DNA from: a virus
Taxonomy: Duplodnaviria; Caudoviricetes
Reading direction: 5' to 3' (one strand)
Length of the DNA stretch: 64,000 nucleotides
Virus record (IMG/VR): IMGVR_UViG_3300027892_004026
Location: 1,869-65,868 of that record
Shown here piece after piece: positions 21,101-29,660 of the stretch. Position 1 is the first letter of the stretch. Each line of letters begins with the position of its first letter. Position numbers and translations under genes: made by a program. Under the pieces are notes generated by a model that was given only the letters and a program-made list of their open reading frames with translations, did no database searches and was not told where the DNA came from.

Positions 21101-22057
21101 ATGAGTGAATTTTGGAAAGATAAAAAAGTTGTAGTCACTGGTGGGTCTGGGTTTATTGGGACACATTTTTTAATGAAATTAGCGGAAATGGGAGTAGATG
21201 TGAGAACACATGTACATAAAAATCCATTACAATATGAACATAACAACATTCAAGTTTTTCATGATATTGATTTAATGAAATTAGAAGATTGTGTTAAATT
21301 AACTGAAGGAGCGGATTATGTGATTCACTGTGCGGGAGAAGTCGCTCACCCATCTTCAGTGCCAACCGATATACAAATATCTCTTAAACAATTAAATCTA
21401 ATTGGTAACGTATTAGAAGCATGTGCAAAAAATAAAGTAAAAAGATTTTTAGATTTAAATAGTTCAACTGGATATCCCGATATCAGAAGACCAATAACTG
21501 AAGATGAATATTGGGTTGACGAACCTTACATATCATACTATGGATATGGTTGGATGAGAAGATATAGAGAAAAGTTAATGGAACATGTGTCAAAATTCTC
21601 TGGGTTAGAAATTGCACTGGCAAGATGTACCGCAATATTTGGGCCGCATGATAATTTTGATTTAAAAACTTGTCATGTTGTTCCTGCATTAATTAAAAGA
21701 GTACTCAGTGGAGAAAATCCGTTTACTGCTTGGGGTAATCCTGATGTTGTAAGGGATTTTTTATATGTGAAAGATGTGGTTAATGGGGCATTATTGATTT
21801 TAGAAAAGGGTGAATCTATGAAACCATACAATTTGGGATATGGAAACGGAGTCACAATTGGTGAAATATTGAATACCATACTAACAGTTACGGGTAAAAA
21901 TCCTAAGGTTATATGGGATGAATCCAAACCTACAACAATACCTTTTAGAGCGGTTAGTGTAGATAGAATAAAAAATGAATTAGGATTTAATCCAAAATAT
22001 ACTTTTGAAGAGGGTATTAAAGAAACTATTGAATGGTATAATGAAAATAAAGAATAA
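21101..22057 (+). CDS. GDP-L-fucose synthase/ColC-like extended SDR (copy 2)
   Basis: VTGGSGFIG, FGPHDNF...CHVVPALI and WGNPDVVRDFLY. ATG 21101 is preferred. Confidence 0.75.
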   Translation: MSEFWKDKKVVVTGGSGFIGTHFLMKLAEMGVDVRTHVHKNPLQYEHNNIQVFHDIDLMKLEDCVKLTEGADYVIHCAGEVAHPSSVPTDIQISLKQLNLIGNVLEACAKNKVKRFLDLNSSTGYPDIRRPITEDEYWVDEPYISYYGYGWMRRYREKLMEHVSKFSGLEIALARCTAIFGPHDNFDLKTCHVVPALIKRVLSGENPFTAWGNPDVVRDFLYVKDVVNGALLILEKGESMKPYNLGYGNGVTIGEILNTILTVTGKNPKVIWDESKPTTIPFRAVSVDRIKNELGFNPKYTFEEGIKETIEWYNENKE

Positions 22058-22748
22058 TCTATTCATAATTGGAGATAGTTTTTGTCAAGATAGTTTTTAT
22101 GTTAACGCTCCATCAAATCAAAACAAATGTTTTTGGGGGGAAGACCTTTCAGACAAATTGAACACAAACTTAATATGCGATGGAGAGCCAAGCCGAGATG
22201 CACAGACTATTATAGATAATTGGATTAAGATATTATCATTGATTGAACCCGAAGACTATTTAGTTATTTGTATTCCCTTTTTTAATAGAACTAGATTACC
22301 ACTATCTGAAAAAGATTATCAATTTTTTGAAAGGAATGAGGTAAACTATGTGAATAGATTTGTCGGAACCGCGTCTTATAATAATATAGATACTGAAATT
22401 GAAATTTTTGGTAAAGAGTATAATTGGAAAAAATTTGAAAAAGAGTTAAGGACACAAGAAATAATAAATGGTTCTAAAGCAAACCAATTAAATCAAATCG
22501 AAATAATTGAATCACTGTATACGTTGACTAATGGAAAAAAATTCATATTTTCTTGGGATAATATGGATTTTAAATCTTATGTTATAGAAGACAAAGATAT
22601 ATTAACAAAAAAAATTGGTGAATGGGAAACACATAGGGACGTGTTTTATCAATCCAATGGTGAATATGGTTTAGAGAATGACATACATTGGAGTTATAGA
22701 ATGAATGAGTTGTTTTCTGAATATTTGTATAAAAAATTTATGATATGA
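22041..22748 (+). CDS. SGNH-like protein
   Basis: IIGDSF near the N-terminus and NDIHW near the C-terminus. ATG 22041 is preferred. Confidence 0.5.
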   Translation: MKIKNNLFIIGDSFCQDSFYVNAPSNQNKCFWGEDLSDKLNTNLICDGEPSRDAQTIIDNWIKILSLIEPEDYLVICIPFFNRTRLPLSEKDYQFFERNEVNYVNRFVGTASYNNIDTEIEIFGKEYNWKKFEKELRTQEIINGSKANQLNQIEIIESLYTLTNGKKFIFSWDNMDFKSYVIEDKDILTKKIGEWETHRDVFYQSNGEYGLENDIHWSYRMNELFSEYLYKKFMI

Positions 22749-23755
22749 ATATATTAATAACGGGTGTTTTAGGTATGGTTGGTTCCCATATGGTTGATTT
22801 TCTTTTGGAGAAACCGAATGTAAAAATTTATGGTTTTTGTAGATGGAATGACTCTATGGATAACATAGAACATTTGACAGATATTATTAATACTGGTAAT
22901 AGAATTAAATTAATCTATGGAGATTTGAATGATTTTAGTTCTATTGTTAACGCGATTGATATATCTAAACCCGACTATGTTTTTCATCTCGGGGCACAAT
23001 CTTATCCTCAAACAAGTTTTGATTCTCCAATCGAAACATTACAAACAAATATCATCGGTACTGCTAATTTATTAGAAGCACTTAGAAAATCACCATATAA
23101 GAATGCGATGATACATGTGTGTGCGTCGAGTGAAATATTCGGAAGAGTTAGTAAAGATAAACTTCCGATAAACGAAGAATGTTCATTACATCCAGCATCT
23201 CCATATGCGATTTCTAAAGTCGGAACTGATTTAATTGGTAGATACTATGGAGAGGCGTATAAAATGAATGTAATGACAACCAGAATGTTTACACATACAG
23301 GACCAAGAAGAGGGGATGTGTTTCATGAATCTACATTCGCGAAACAAATCGCAATGATAGAATATGGATTACAGGAACCAAAAATATTTGTTGGTAATTT
23401 GAATTCACTTAGAACATATGCCGATGTAAGAGATGCTGTCAGAGCATATTGGATGTTATTGACTATCAATCCATCATCTGGTGCATATTATAATATTGGA
23501 GGAGATTATACTTGTAAAGTTGAAGACACTTTGAAATATCTTATATCCAAATCATTTATGAAAAATGAAATTGAAATTGTTGTTGACCCGAACAGGTTAA
23601 GACTAATAGATGCGGATTTACAAATACCTGACACAACAAAATTCAGAGAATTAACTGGATGGGAACCGAAGATTCCTTTTAATAAAACAATGGACGACCT
23701 GTTGGATTATTGGAGAGATAGAATAAATAAAGGTCGTAAATTTTTAAATAGATAA
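22745..23755 (+). CDS. gmd: GDP-mannose 4,6-dehydratase
   Basis: ITGVLGMVG, HLGAQS...SF, SSEIFG, SPYAISK, THTGPRRG..F and GNLNSLR. Confidence 0.8.
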   Translation: MNILITGVLGMVGSHMVDFLLEKPNVKIYGFCRWNDSMDNIEHLTDIINTGNRIKLIYGDLNDFSSIVNAIDISKPDYVFHLGAQSYPQTSFDSPIETLQTNIIGTANLLEALRKSPYKNAMIHVCASSEIFGRVSKDKLPINEECSLHPASPYAISKVGTDLIGRYYGEAYKMNVMTTRMFTHTGPRRGDVFHESTFAKQIAMIEYGLQEPKIFVGNLNSLRTYADVRDAVRAYWMLLTINPSSGAYYNIGGDYTCKVEDTLKYLISKSFMKNEIEIVVDPNRLRLIDADLQIPDTTKFRELTGWEPKIPFNKTMDDLLDYWRDRINKGRKFLNR

Positions 23756-23756
23756 A

Positions 23757-24167
23757 ATGGATAAAAGAAAATACTTGCCCACACTAGCGGAGTTAATTGA
23801 TAGAATGAGCATTTCGCAACTAAAAGAAGTTTTTATTCCTGAACACAAAGAGGAATATGCTCAAGAAATTAGAGATATTAAACATGATATTGATTTGATA
23901 CTTCAAGAAAATAAAGGAATTGTTGATGCTGAGACGATTCGTTCGATTGTTGTTTTGGCACAAACAAACTTACACATTTGGCACAACGAGTCCAACTATA
24001 GAAAATATGGTAAGACTGAGAATATTAATTTGGAATTAACGCACGGATTAAACGGTGTTAGAAATACTGCCAAAAACAAAATACAAGAAATCGTTGGTGG
24101 TAGAAAAGATTATAAAACAGATTGTTTAGCCTCAGAATTTAAAGATTGGGGTATTAGTTGGGAATAA
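23757..24167 (+). CDS. Hypothetical helical protein (ELIDRMSI motif)
   Basis: Tightly packed ORF in the operon with PTLAELIDRMSISQLKE. No function recognised. Confidence 0.6.
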   Translation: MDKRKYLPTLAELIDRMSISQLKEVFIPEHKEEYAQEIRDIKHDIDLILQENKGIVDAETIRSIVVLAQTNLHIWHNESNYRKYGKTENINLELTHGLNGVRNTAKNKIQEIVGGRKDYKTDCLASEFKDWGISWE

Positions 24168-24177
24168 AAAATATCTT

Positions 24178-24921
24178 ATGTTAAACGAAAAAGAAATTTT
24201 TGATTGGAAATATAAGGGTTATCTCGTAAATAATATCTTATCACAAAATGATGTTGATGAGATTAATAACGAATTAAATATTCTAAGAATTCAAAGGAAT
24301 AAAAAAGACTCCTCATGGGGTGAATATGGAATATATTCACACCCACAGAAAGAATCTGAATTAATTTTAAAATATTTTGGGCATCCTAAAGTAATTGAAA
24401 TTCTTGAGACTATATTAAACAATAAAATTGAAGGGATACAAAGTCAGGCATATTTTAAACCACCTGGCGAACTAGGTAGAGATGCTCATCAAGACGGTTT
24501 TTATACTGAATCTGGATGGGGAAATTCAATAAATGTGATTTTTTGTTTAGATGATAGCGACCAATCAAACGGGTGTCTGTGGTCATATGAATCATCACAC
24601 TTTTTACCTATTCTATCCATTGAAATTGATGAGGAAAGAACAAAGACAAACCCAACATTTTGGAAAAACGAAAGAGGCAAGGGATGTGTGATGCCACAAA
24701 ATCATAATTTTAAAAAAATATATCATGAATGTAAATATGGTGATGTTTTATTCACTCACGATTATTTAGTTCACGGTTCCGAAGATAATAATAGTAAAAA
24801 TTATAGAAGGTCAATTGTTATGAGTTATAAAACAATTGGGTCAAACCTAAGACAGGGTGGACAAATGAAAAGAGAGCCATTTGATGTCTATGAAATTAGA
24901 AAAAAATATTGGAATTTATGA
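24178..24921 (+). CDS. PhyH (phytanoyl-CoA dioxygenase)-family 2OG-Fe(II) oxygenase
   Basis: WKYKGYL, FKPPG...AHQD (HxD), GCLW, LVHGS..N and RRS. Confidence 0.85.
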   Translation: MLNEKEIFDWKYKGYLVNNILSQNDVDEINNELNILRIQRNKKDSSWGEYGIYSHPQKESELILKYFGHPKVIEILETILNNKIEGIQSQAYFKPPGELGRDAHQDGFYTESGWGNSINVIFCLDDSDQSNGCLWSYESSHFLPILSIEIDEERTKTNPTFWKNERGKGCVMPQNHNFKKIYHECKYGDVLFTHDYLVHGSEDNNSKNYRRSIVMSYKTIGSNLRQGGQMKREPFDVYEIRKKYWNL

Positions 24922-24959
24922 ATGAGAAAAAAATAGAATTTATGAATGAAAAAAAATGG
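24912..24959 (+). repeat. Imperfect 24-bp tandem duplication across the PhyH stop / RmlC start
   Basis: gaatttatgaatgagaaaaaaata followed by gaatttatgaatgaaaaaaaatgg, giving EFMNEKKI/EFMNEKKW and two possible ATGs (24918, 24942). Confidence 0.7.
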
Positions 24960-25490
24960 AACGATTTTGACGTAAGACCATCTAAAATTTTTGGATACGA
25001 AGTTCCTGTGTATACTCCATCTATATTCAGAGAATTTAGAGGTGAGATTTTTACAACCTATCATTCTGAAGACCATCCTGTGATGAGTAAAATTCACTAC
25101 GATAAAAATGAACTTGCAATTCATGGAAGATTCTCAAAATCATACAAAGGAGTTTTAAGAGGTTTACATTACGATGATAAAACATGGAAACTAGTACAAG
25201 CGTTAGTTGGTGACATATATTTAGTTGTATTGGACATAAGAGAGAATTCACTTAATTATGGAAAATGGGATTGGTTTTTAATTTCAGAAAAAAATAGAGA
25301 CCAAGTTTTAGTTCCTCCAGGTTTTGCAAACGGACACTACGCATTAACTGATTGTGTGTTTCATTACAATATGTTTTATAAAGGAGAGTATGTCGATTCA
25401 ATAAATCACGGAGTGGCAAAATGGAACGACCCAAAATGGAATATAGAGTGGCCGTCAAATAACCCAATACTTCAAATGAAAGACAAATGA
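24918..25490 (+). CDS. rmlC: dTDP-4-dehydrorhamnose 3,5-epimerase-like cupin
   Basis: FRGE, SYKGVLRGLHY, KLVQALVGDIYLVVLDIR, YGKW and VPPGFANG. Confidence 0.85.
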   Translation: MNEKKIEFMNEKKWNDFDVRPSKIFGYEVPVYTPSIFREFRGEIFTTYHSEDHPVMSKIHYDKNELAIHGRFSKSYKGVLRGLHYDDKTWKLVQALVGDIYLVVLDIRENSLNYGKWDWFLISEKNRDQVLVPPGFANGHYALTDCVFHYNMFYKGEYVDSINHGVAKWNDPKWNIEWPSNNPILQMKDK

Positions 25491-26119
25491 TTAAAAATTT
25501 AGAACAATATCCAATAGTTAGAGAACAAAAATTGACTTCACAAGATTTAATAAATTTTGAAGATTTAATTGTTAGTCATTGGGAAGGAGGTAAAATTAGG
25601 GGGCCAGTACATTTATCAAATGGTAATGAAGAAGAGTTGATAGAAATCTCTAAAAGAATAGGTCCATCTGATTGGGTTTTTTCTACGTGGAGATCACATT
25701 ATCATGCTTTAGTGAAAGGTATTTGTCCCATTTGGTTAGAAGACCAAATTTTAAAAGGTAAATCGATTACAATTTGTAATCCAAAAGATAAGTTTTACTC
25801 TTCGGCAATTGTTGGAGGAACACTATCAATCGCCTTAGGTGTTGCAATGAGTATCAAACAAAATGGTGGTGATGAAAAGGTGTGGGTATTTGTTGGTGAC
25901 ATGAGTTTTGAAAGTGGAATATTTTATGAAATACATAAGTATGCGAGAAACTTTGATTTACCACTTTATTTTGTGGTGGAAGATAACGGAGTTTCGACCT
26001 ACACTCCAACAGAGGCAACATGGAATAACATAAAAAAAGATATACCGAACGATGTAATTTGGTATCAATACAAATCCAAATACCCACATTACGGAACTGG
26101 TAAGTGGGTTGCGTTTTAA
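25487..26119 (+). CDS. TPP-dependent E1-alpha-like subunit (short)
   Basis: HLSNGNE, STWRSHYHAL, SAIVG and the TPP motif GDMSFESG...EDN. Confidence 0.85.
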   Translation: MIKNLEQYPIVREQKLTSQDLINFEDLIVSHWEGGKIRGPVHLSNGNEEELIEISKRIGPSDWVFSTWRSHYHALVKGICPIWLEDQILKGKSITICNPKDKFYSSAIVGGTLSIALGVAMSIKQNGGDEKVWVFVGDMSFESGIFYEIHKYARNFDLPLYFVVEDNGVSTYTPTEATWNNIKKDIPNDVIWYQYKSKYPHYGTGKWVAF

Positions 26120-26129
26120 ATTAAAGAAT

Positions 26130-27866
26130 ATGACATATAAAGAAATACTTTCTCAAATTATGACCGATTTATCTAACGATGATAATACCGTTTTTATTGG
26201 TCAACAGATAGTTTACAGGGGAAATCCGATGAGTACGACACTTGATGATGTCCCCAAAGAAAAGATGATTGAAGTACCGGTAATGGAAGAAACTCAAATG
26301 GGGATGAGTTTGGGTTTAGCGATGACGGGTAAAAGAGTTATTACATTTTACCCAAGATGGGACTTTTTAATATCCGCATCCAATCAATTAGTAAACCATG
26401 TGGACAAATATGAATTGATGACAGGTGAAAAAGTCCACATCATAATTAGGGTCGGTAAAGGGTCTGAGACACCATTAGATCCAGGGCATCAACATAAAGC
26501 AAATTATATAGAAGAATTTAAATCTTTGTGTAAACATACTAAAATTTTTGATTGTAAAACTATCGAGGAATTAAAATTACATTATCAATTTGCAAAAGAT
26601 AATGTTGGTGTGTATATTATAAATGAGTATCCAGAATTGTATCATAATAAAACAGTTTTAAATCTCATATCCGATGAATCGAATGAAAGTACTAACACAC
26701 TTATGATTGAAGATTTTATGGGAGATGGATGGTATGACATTGAAAATTATAAAATATGTGAAATTACTGAAATATCAGAAAGAAAAGATGAAAATTTTTA
26801 CCATTTGGTACATGTAAACTATTATTTATCTCTATATAGTTTAGAACATAAAGATTTACCAATCTCAGAAGAAATTAAAATTTTACTAAAGAAAAATCAA
26901 AACTTCAAAGTTATTTTTATAACAGAGCATGAATGTGACCTGGAAAATGTTATAAAAATCACGGATTTCTTACTTAGAATTATTGAAATACCGGCAAACC
27001 AAGTTTTTATTATAAATGGTAATCAGTTGTTACCACAATTAAAAAACGAGATAAATTCTAAAATAAATGTTCATGTGTCAAACAGACTTCCATTGGTGAT
27101 TACAAGAAATATTGTGAATTTGTGTGATGGATATCCGTTTAAAATCAATAAAGAAAAAACGTTTACGTGTTATAATAGGAATCTAACTATGCATAGATTA
27201 GGTATTTTAACGGCACTTAAACATCATAATTTATTAGATGATACCGATTGGTCTTTTCTAAGAGGAAATAGATTGTCCGCAATGAAATTAGAAAATGGTG
27301 ATATCGATTCTAATATTTTATTGACCGTATTTGACCAAGATTTAATTAATGAAACACAAAGTAGTTTAAACTTTTTTAAAAATATTGATATTAAAAAAAG
27401 TGAGTTTGAGGATTATGACGTGGATACCCCTGGTGGAGGTCAAGATTGGAATTCAATGTTTGAAAATAATCCATATAAACATTCATACATCAATATTGTC
27501 AATGAGTCTCAGTTTGAAAAAAATAATTTAATTCATATTACTGAGAAGACATTTATTCCTTTTTATTATTCACAGTTTCCATTAATTGTTGCTACTTATC
27601 AACACATTAAAAAAACAAAAGAACTCTATGGATTCGATTTTTTTGAAGATTTTTTTGATTTAAGTTATGATAATGAACCAAATCCACAAAAAAGAATGAG
27701 AATGATTATTGATGAAATTGTTAGAGTTAGTAAGAAAAAAAACCAATTACAGGGATTTTATCAAATCTCAAAAAAAAGGTTCAAACACAATAAAGATATA
27801 GTTACAAGTTTATATGATGATAAAACAGACCATAACTTTTTTCAAAGTTTAATAAATTTTCAGTAA
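26130..27866 (+). CDS. E1-beta/transketolase pyrimidine-binding domain fused to GT10-like domain
   Basis: FIGQ, PVMEETQMGMSLGLA, DQLVN-like SNQLVNH and GHQH in the N-terminal ~175 aa. C-terminal CYNRNLTMHR...INIVNES...ITEKTFIPF. ATG 26130 is preferred. Confidence 0.8.
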   Translation: MTYKEILSQIMTDLSNDDNTVFIGQQIVYRGNPMSTTLDDVPKEKMIEVPVMEETQMGMSLGLAMTGKRVITFYPRWDFLISASNQLVNHVDKYELMTGEKVHIIIRVGKGSETPLDPGHQHKANYIEEFKSLCKHTKIFDCKTIEELKLHYQFAKDNVGVYIINEYPELYHNKTVLNLISDESNESTNTLMIEDFMGDGWYDIENYKICEITEISERKDENFYHLVHVNYYLSLYSLEHKDLPISEEIKILLKKNQNFKVIFITEHECDLENVIKITDFLLRIIEIPANQVFIINGNQLLPQLKNEINSKINVHVSNRLPLVITRNIVNLCDGYPFKINKEKTFTCYNRNLTMHRLGILTALKHHNLLDDTDWSFLRGNRLSAMKLENGDIDSNILLTVFDQDLINETQSSLNFFKNIDIKKSEFEDYDVDTPGGGQDWNSMFENNPYKHSYINIVNESQFEKNNLIHITEKTFIPFYYSQFPLIVATYQHIKKTKELYGFDFFEDFFDLSYDNEPNPQKRMRMIIDEIVRVSKKKNQLQGFYQISKKRFKHNKDIVTSLYDDKTDHNFFQSLINFQ

Positions 27867-29533
27867 TGTACATACTCGGAATTTCATCGTTTTATCACGA
27901 TTCTTCAGCATGTTTATTCAAAGACGGAGAATTAGTGTTTGCTTGTGAAGAGGAAAAATTTACGGGAATTAAACACGATAGTTCTTTTCCAATTAATACA
28001 ATAGAATATATCTTCAGTCATTATAACATTACCCATAAGGATATTGATATGGTTTGTTATTATGAAAATCTTAATCTGAAATTGAAAAGAGTCTTAAATA
28101 ATATTAAGAAAAACTTTGTTACATCACCAAAATATTCTTTGAAGTCTTTGGTTAAAATCTTAAAAAATATTTCAGACGTAAATAAACATTTGAAACCGTT
28201 TAAGGAAAGAGTATTTTATTCTGAACACCATTTGGCTCATCAGTATTATTCATTTTTCACTTCCGATTTTGAAAAGGCAATCTGTTTGTCTATTGATGGT
28301 GTTGGAGAAATTGATACCTTATCTATTGGTTTAGCGGATGATGATGGAATTGAATATCATGATTTAGGGAAATATCCTCATTCATTGGGACTTTATTATT
28401 CTACAATGACTTCGTATTTGGGATTTAAACCAAATGAGGGAGAGTACAAACTAATGGGATTGGCATCATACGGAGACCCTCAAGAGCATATTGAAAAAGT
28501 TAGAAGTTTGATTGAATTCAAAGATGGAGAATTAATCTGTAATATGAATGTTTTTTGTTGGGATAGGTCGGAAAGAGTAATGTTCAATGAAAAACTAATT
28601 GAACATTTAGGTATTTCACCAAGGTTGACGGAAGAAGAAATTACTATAACTCATCAAAATTTAGCGGCATCAGTTCAACTAAGATACGAAGAAGTTTTAT
28701 TTGATATTATCAAAAGTTTGAAAAATCTTGGTAGTAATAATCTTTGCTTAGGAGGTGGTTCGGCATACAATGGTACTGCGAATGGAAAGATAGTTTCTAA
28801 TTCTGACTTTGATAAAATTTGGATACCAGTTGCTCCATCTGATGCTGGATCCTGTGTTGGAGCTTGTATTCATTACCTTATACAAAATAAAAAATTAGCC
28901 AAGAGAGTTACTAAGAATCCTTTTTTAGGACCAAAGTACGATGTTGAATTTTATTTGAGTCATATTAAAAATTTGAATTTTTTTGAAATTCACGATTACA
29001 ATAGATTAATAAAATACGTTGCAACAAAAATTCATGAAGGTAAAGTAGTTGGATGGTATAGAGATAGAATTGAATTTGGAGCAAGAGCATTAGGACATAG
29101 GTCTATTTTAGCTGACCCTACAGTTCCGAATATGAAATCGAGAATTAATAAGTTGATTAAGAAAAGAGAGGGCTTTCGTCCTTTTGCACCTATGGTCATT
29201 AAAGAAAAACAAAATGAATTTTTTCATACGATTGATGATGTACCATATATGAATCAAATTGTTAAAGTAAGGGAAGAATTTGCGGATAAATTATCTGCGG
29301 TTGTTCACGTGGATGGAACCTCAAGAATTCAAACTGTGTATGAGAACACTGTTATTCACGATTTATTAATTGAATTCGAAAAACTAAGTGGATTTCCCAT
29401 TATACTGAATACATCGTTTAACATTAAAGATAAAACAATGGTACTAACTCCGTTTGATGCGATAGAAACTTTCAAGGATACTGATTTAGACTTGCTAGTT
29501 TTAGATAATTATATAATACACAAAATACTATGA
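27866..29533 (+). CDS. Carbamoyltransferase (NodU/CmcH/TobZ family)
   Basis: GISSFYHDSSA, EHHLAH, GEYKLMGLASYG, SDAG, EFGARALGHRS, KREGFRPFAP, HVDGTSRIQTV and LNTSFN. Confidence 0.92.
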   Translation: MYILGISSFYHDSSACLFKDGELVFACEEEKFTGIKHDSSFPINTIEYIFSHYNITHKDIDMVCYYENLNLKLKRVLNNIKKNFVTSPKYSLKSLVKILKNISDVNKHLKPFKERVFYSEHHLAHQYYSFFTSDFEKAICLSIDGVGEIDTLSIGLADDDGIEYHDLGKYPHSLGLYYSTMTSYLGFKPNEGEYKLMGLASYGDPQEHIEKVRSLIEFKDGELICNMNVFCWDRSERVMFNEKLIEHLGISPRLTEEEITITHQNLAASVQLRYEEVLFDIIKSLKNLGSNNLCLGGGSAYNGTANGKIVSNSDFDKIWIPVAPSDAGSCVGACIHYLIQNKKLAKRVTKNPFLGPKYDVEFYLSHIKNLNFFEIHDYNRLIKYVATKIHEGKVVGWYRDRIEFGARALGHRSILADPTVPNMKSRINKLIKKREGFRPFAPMVIKEKQNEFFHTIDDVPYMNQIVKVREEFADKLSAVVHVDGTSRIQTVYENTVIHDLLIEFEKLSGFPIILNTSFNIKDKTMVLTPFDAIETFKDTDLDLLVLDNYIIHKIL

Positions 29534-29646
29534 AAAAAATTATTGATTGGTTCCTTAAAAAAATTAAAGAACGCAAAAGAAAAAAAGAGTTAAAAAAGAA
29601 AATTGAAGAATTAAGGAAAAGAGACCCATTTATTTATAATCATTGA
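29530..29646 (+). CDS. Small basic 38-aa protein (KRDPFIY tail), absent from the ORF track
   Basis: An ATGA overlap with the carbamoyltransferase stop. It translates MKKIIDWFLKKIKERKRKKELKKKIEELRKRDPFIYNH and fills the gap exactly. Confidence 0.65.
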   Translation: MKKIIDWFLKKIKERKRKKELKKKIEELRKRDPFIYNH

Positions 29647-29660
29647 ATCAACAATTTTGA

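Noticed and set aside
25487-26650. Pyruvate dehydrogenase as an auxiliary metabolic gene
   Set aside because: Both subunits are truncated, there is no E2/E3, and the beta subunit is fused to a glycosyltransferase-like domain inside a sugar operon.
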